This document shows positions 60,896-64,000 of a DNA stretch of 64,000 nucleotides, piece after piece; the stretch's first letter is position 1, and every line of letters starts with the position of its first letter. Position numbers and translations under genes: made by a program. The notes beneath the pieces are model-generated. The model made no database searches and had not been told where the DNA came from. It saw only the letters and a list, made by a program, of their open reading frames with translations. The stretch is from Carcharhinus amblyrhynchos (Eukaryota): contig OZ336877.1 in NCBI GenBank assembly GCA_965287045.1, positions 59,706,001 to 59,770,000 on the forward strand. Direction: 5' to 3'.

Positions 60896-62330
60896 ATGGG
60901 AGGAGATACCAGCTTACCTGACAAGCAAGCTTGGATGGAGATTGCAGAGCAAGTCAACTATTGTGGCTCACCCCCTGAACCTGGATCTGTGTCACAGGCA
61001 TGGCAATTCCCTTAGTCAGCCTGCCATTCCTCTTTACTCTTTGTAGTGTGTAAGAAGATTGGTTTAATGCTGAGGGAGTGACTATCCAGTCACAGGGAAT
61101 GGGATCATGCAGCAACATGTTTACTGAGAGGCATGGCTGCATCTTTAAGCTGCTATTCCCTCACAAAATTTAAACTGTGATTAAGCCCCATCAGAATTTC
61201 ACACAGCGAATGATGAAGTTAGTCTTTTTCTCATCTTGCAGTCTGGGTCTACTGATTATCATTTACTTTGCATATCTTCTTACAGCAAGCTGTGAAGTGC
61301 ACACACAATTGTTACAACTGGGTGAACTGGCTCCCCTTTATTCAGCCTTGGTTGGTCACAATAAAGATTTTGAAATCTATTTTTCCTATAGATGCCTTTT
61401 CCAATCCAAATGCAGCCAATCAAACCAGGTTTTCTTGATTTTGCACTTTTATTTAATAAGTTTATTAGTTTCTAAACCTGAGAAAAAAATAATATAAGAT
61501 GCAGCAATACACACACAGATCTTAGAAGTAAGAAAAGTTAGAGTTCAAATAAAAGTTAAAAGGATATATGATTAAATCCTTTGGTTGTTCTTGAGGCACA
61601 GATTGTTGAACGTTGTGGTCATTTGAAGTTAGCTGGTTTCCTTTAAAATCCTGGAGTTGAATTGAAGATCAGGTAACTGCACTTTGTTGGAGACAATCTT
61701 AGCTTCAGAGAAAGAGAGAGAGAGAGACTCCTTACTGCTCTTTCAGCAGTTTCTCCAGATGACATGGATAACTAATCTGTGTCCGGCTTGACCAGTTCTT
61801 AACTTCCTGTCTGTACATTCCACAAAAAGAATTAAATGGACATGTTGTAGAACAAGTAATCACATGTTTGATCTTTCATCTCAGAAACCTTTGGCACATT
61901 TCAAGGTAGAAGAAACCAACAGGAGGTGGAGTTATTTTATCCCCCACAGGGGTTTAGAATGTCTGTTGGATGTAACTGGCTGGTTAGCAGGTCCCATTGC
62001 CTTGACAGAAGTACAGTTAACTAAAATTCAACACTTTGCAATTTAATCCTTTCCTTTCAAGAGTTCCTTTTTGAAGTGGACCTTGATACCCACTCCCACC
62101 TCACCCCTTGAATGAAGTTTGATGCAACATGTCAGGGCAGTTCAGAATGTAATCCATATAGGAACTTTCCAGATAAGTGGCCAAGTTAAAGCATCATAAA
62201 TAGTGACTGATGGTAGCCATCTTTTGTCTGTTTCTTTTCTTGCTTTTTTAAAAACATGTCCTCTTTAAACAGGTCAATGTAGATAATGAGTTTTCACATC
62301 CAATCTTATGCACTTAGTCACTGAAAATAT

Positions 62331-63298
62331 GGGCTAGACCATTTCTAACTGCAGCAGGCAGTGGACTGAGCTTAATTCACTAGCCAGCCTGTAGACAGAG
62401 CTATTGTGCATGTGTAGACCACTGAAGCTGCAGGTGTGCAATTTCAGCAGCTGGGGTCTGACAGGCCAAAAGAGAACTGTTAGGCCCATGCTTCCGGAAC
62501 CAGGTTCTGGATCCAATCCCATTGCAGAGCGACGGCAGGCCCCCTCCCCATACCCGGTCTGAAACCATTGCAGAGTGGTAGAAGCCCCCTTCTTCCCTCT
62601 GATCTGATCCTATTGCAAAGTGGCAGCAGCCTTTCCTTCCACCTGTTCCAATAGCATTGCAGAGTGGCAGCAGGGTCCCTCTCACTCCATCAGGTTTCCC
62701 TTTCAGGCCCCACCCCTATAGGCCTGACCGCTTTGGGCCCCATCCCATTTATGTCCTTTTCCTTCAGGCCCCACCCTTCTTTCAGGCCCCATCACCATAG
62801 ACTCTGCTCCCTTCAGGCCCTGTCCCCATAGGCCCCACACAGTGGGCATTGACCAGGTGCCAGGCTGGCAATGCCAAGGTGCCAGGATGGCACTGCCAGG
62901 CTTGCACTGTCCAAGGGGCACCCCCCCCTTGCCCTTGGCCTCCCTAGGAGGCCTGAATGGCCTCTGGTTCACGGCAAGGCCAATACAACTTTTCCCCGTT
63001 CATGGGGAGCAGGTGTTTTCCCTCGCCGGAGAGAACCTCACCCGACAAGGCCACAAAGACAAGTGAGCTTGAATGATTGAGTGCCAGGCTCTCTAAACAC
63101 ATGTAAATGAACATTAGAATGAATTTACATAATTTATTCAGCCTCTCACCCATTTCCAGTGATGTCACCGGAAATCCAGCTCTTATAAAATTGCAAGAGA
63201 TGAGAAATTGGGCGTGATCCTGATCTCTTGGCTGTTGCACAATTTTACCAGCTCACTCTGCCCATCGACGGGCAGGGAGAACTGGAAAAATTCAGCTC
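62331..63298. mobile_element. Probable non-autonomous Harbinger-like element
   Basis: GC-rich interior resembling 22512-23521 (TGCCAGG/GGCAC motifs), internal CATTGCAGAGTGG repeats and a right end GAAAAATTCAGCTC. The left end is uncertain. Confidence 0.45.
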
Positions 63299-64000
63299 TA
63301 TGCTTCTGGTTAGCTAGTGAAGTGCTGGGAAGATCGCACTCAGACACAGTTGCTCGTCGTGATAAATCTGCATCTAACTCTCTTAACAAACAGCCAGATA
63401 AACTGAAGCCAGAGAAGCTCCACCCACCTCATCATGATTTAGCATGCTTTGTCCTCAAACAGACCTTTAGGTTATATTTTCCTTATTTAAAATTCTTGAT
63501 TTTATCTGATAAAAGAAATTGATCTTACAATCCTTCAGAGTCTATTGAATACTTTTAAACTAATTTAGTTCTAATTTCCAAAACACAAATATCTTTCTGG
63601 ATTTATTGAAAGGATTGCAGATATCATGTCTCCCCTAAAAGGCCCACAGGTAGCCCATGCACTGTTTAAGTTTCTTCATCTGTTATTTTATGATCTTACC
63701 TTTCTAGCTGTTAACCTCTTAAGTCAACAGAGCCCCAACCTTTTAAGTGTAGGCTGCTAGCTTGTTTCAATTGCATTTACCCCATTTTCTAAAGTTAAAG
63801 CATTAATTTCTGAAACTAGAAGTTAAATGCTAAAACAAATGAACCATGGACTAGATATTCACAGCAACACAAAACAACAAGTTGTGGCAAATGGTTGTTT
63901 TTGAGGTTGGAGCATGGTAGACATTTTTAAAAATATCCCAAACATTCATTCTCTCAATGCAATAACCATTCCTACCTTCCCTCCCATACAAGGTGTATTA

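Noticed and set aside
61310-62320. Possible solo LTR
   Set aside because: The composition is suggestive, but no second copy, TSD or PBS/PPT could be established.

Overview
This is eukaryotic, repeat-dense DNA, most likely intronic or intergenic sequence from a cartilaginous fish (shark). That assignment rests on HE1-like tRNA-derived SINEs, HER1/CR1 and Rex1/Babar LINEs with (CAAAT)n tails, SacSINE1/DeuSINE-like relics and PIF/Harbinger remnants. No complete or nameable protein-coding gene is visible. The long ORFs are either transposon fragments or artefacts of a stop-free ~41-bp minisatellite. The main points of interest are: (1) a ~305-bp insertion with an exact U2 snRNA 5' head, a second internal U2-like motif, a hairpin-rich body and an A-rich end, a candidate U2-headed SINE; (2) three fold-back Penelope-like elements with minimal hammerhead-ribozyme motifs and clear target-site duplications (TSDs), one inserted into the ribozyme core of another; (3) locally templated duplications, including a 316-bp inverted copy inside a SINE; and (4) a phase-compatible chain of short candidate exons on the minus strand from an unidentified gene. 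Boundaries of degraded repeats are approximate. Family names come from recognising motifs by eye, not from a database search.
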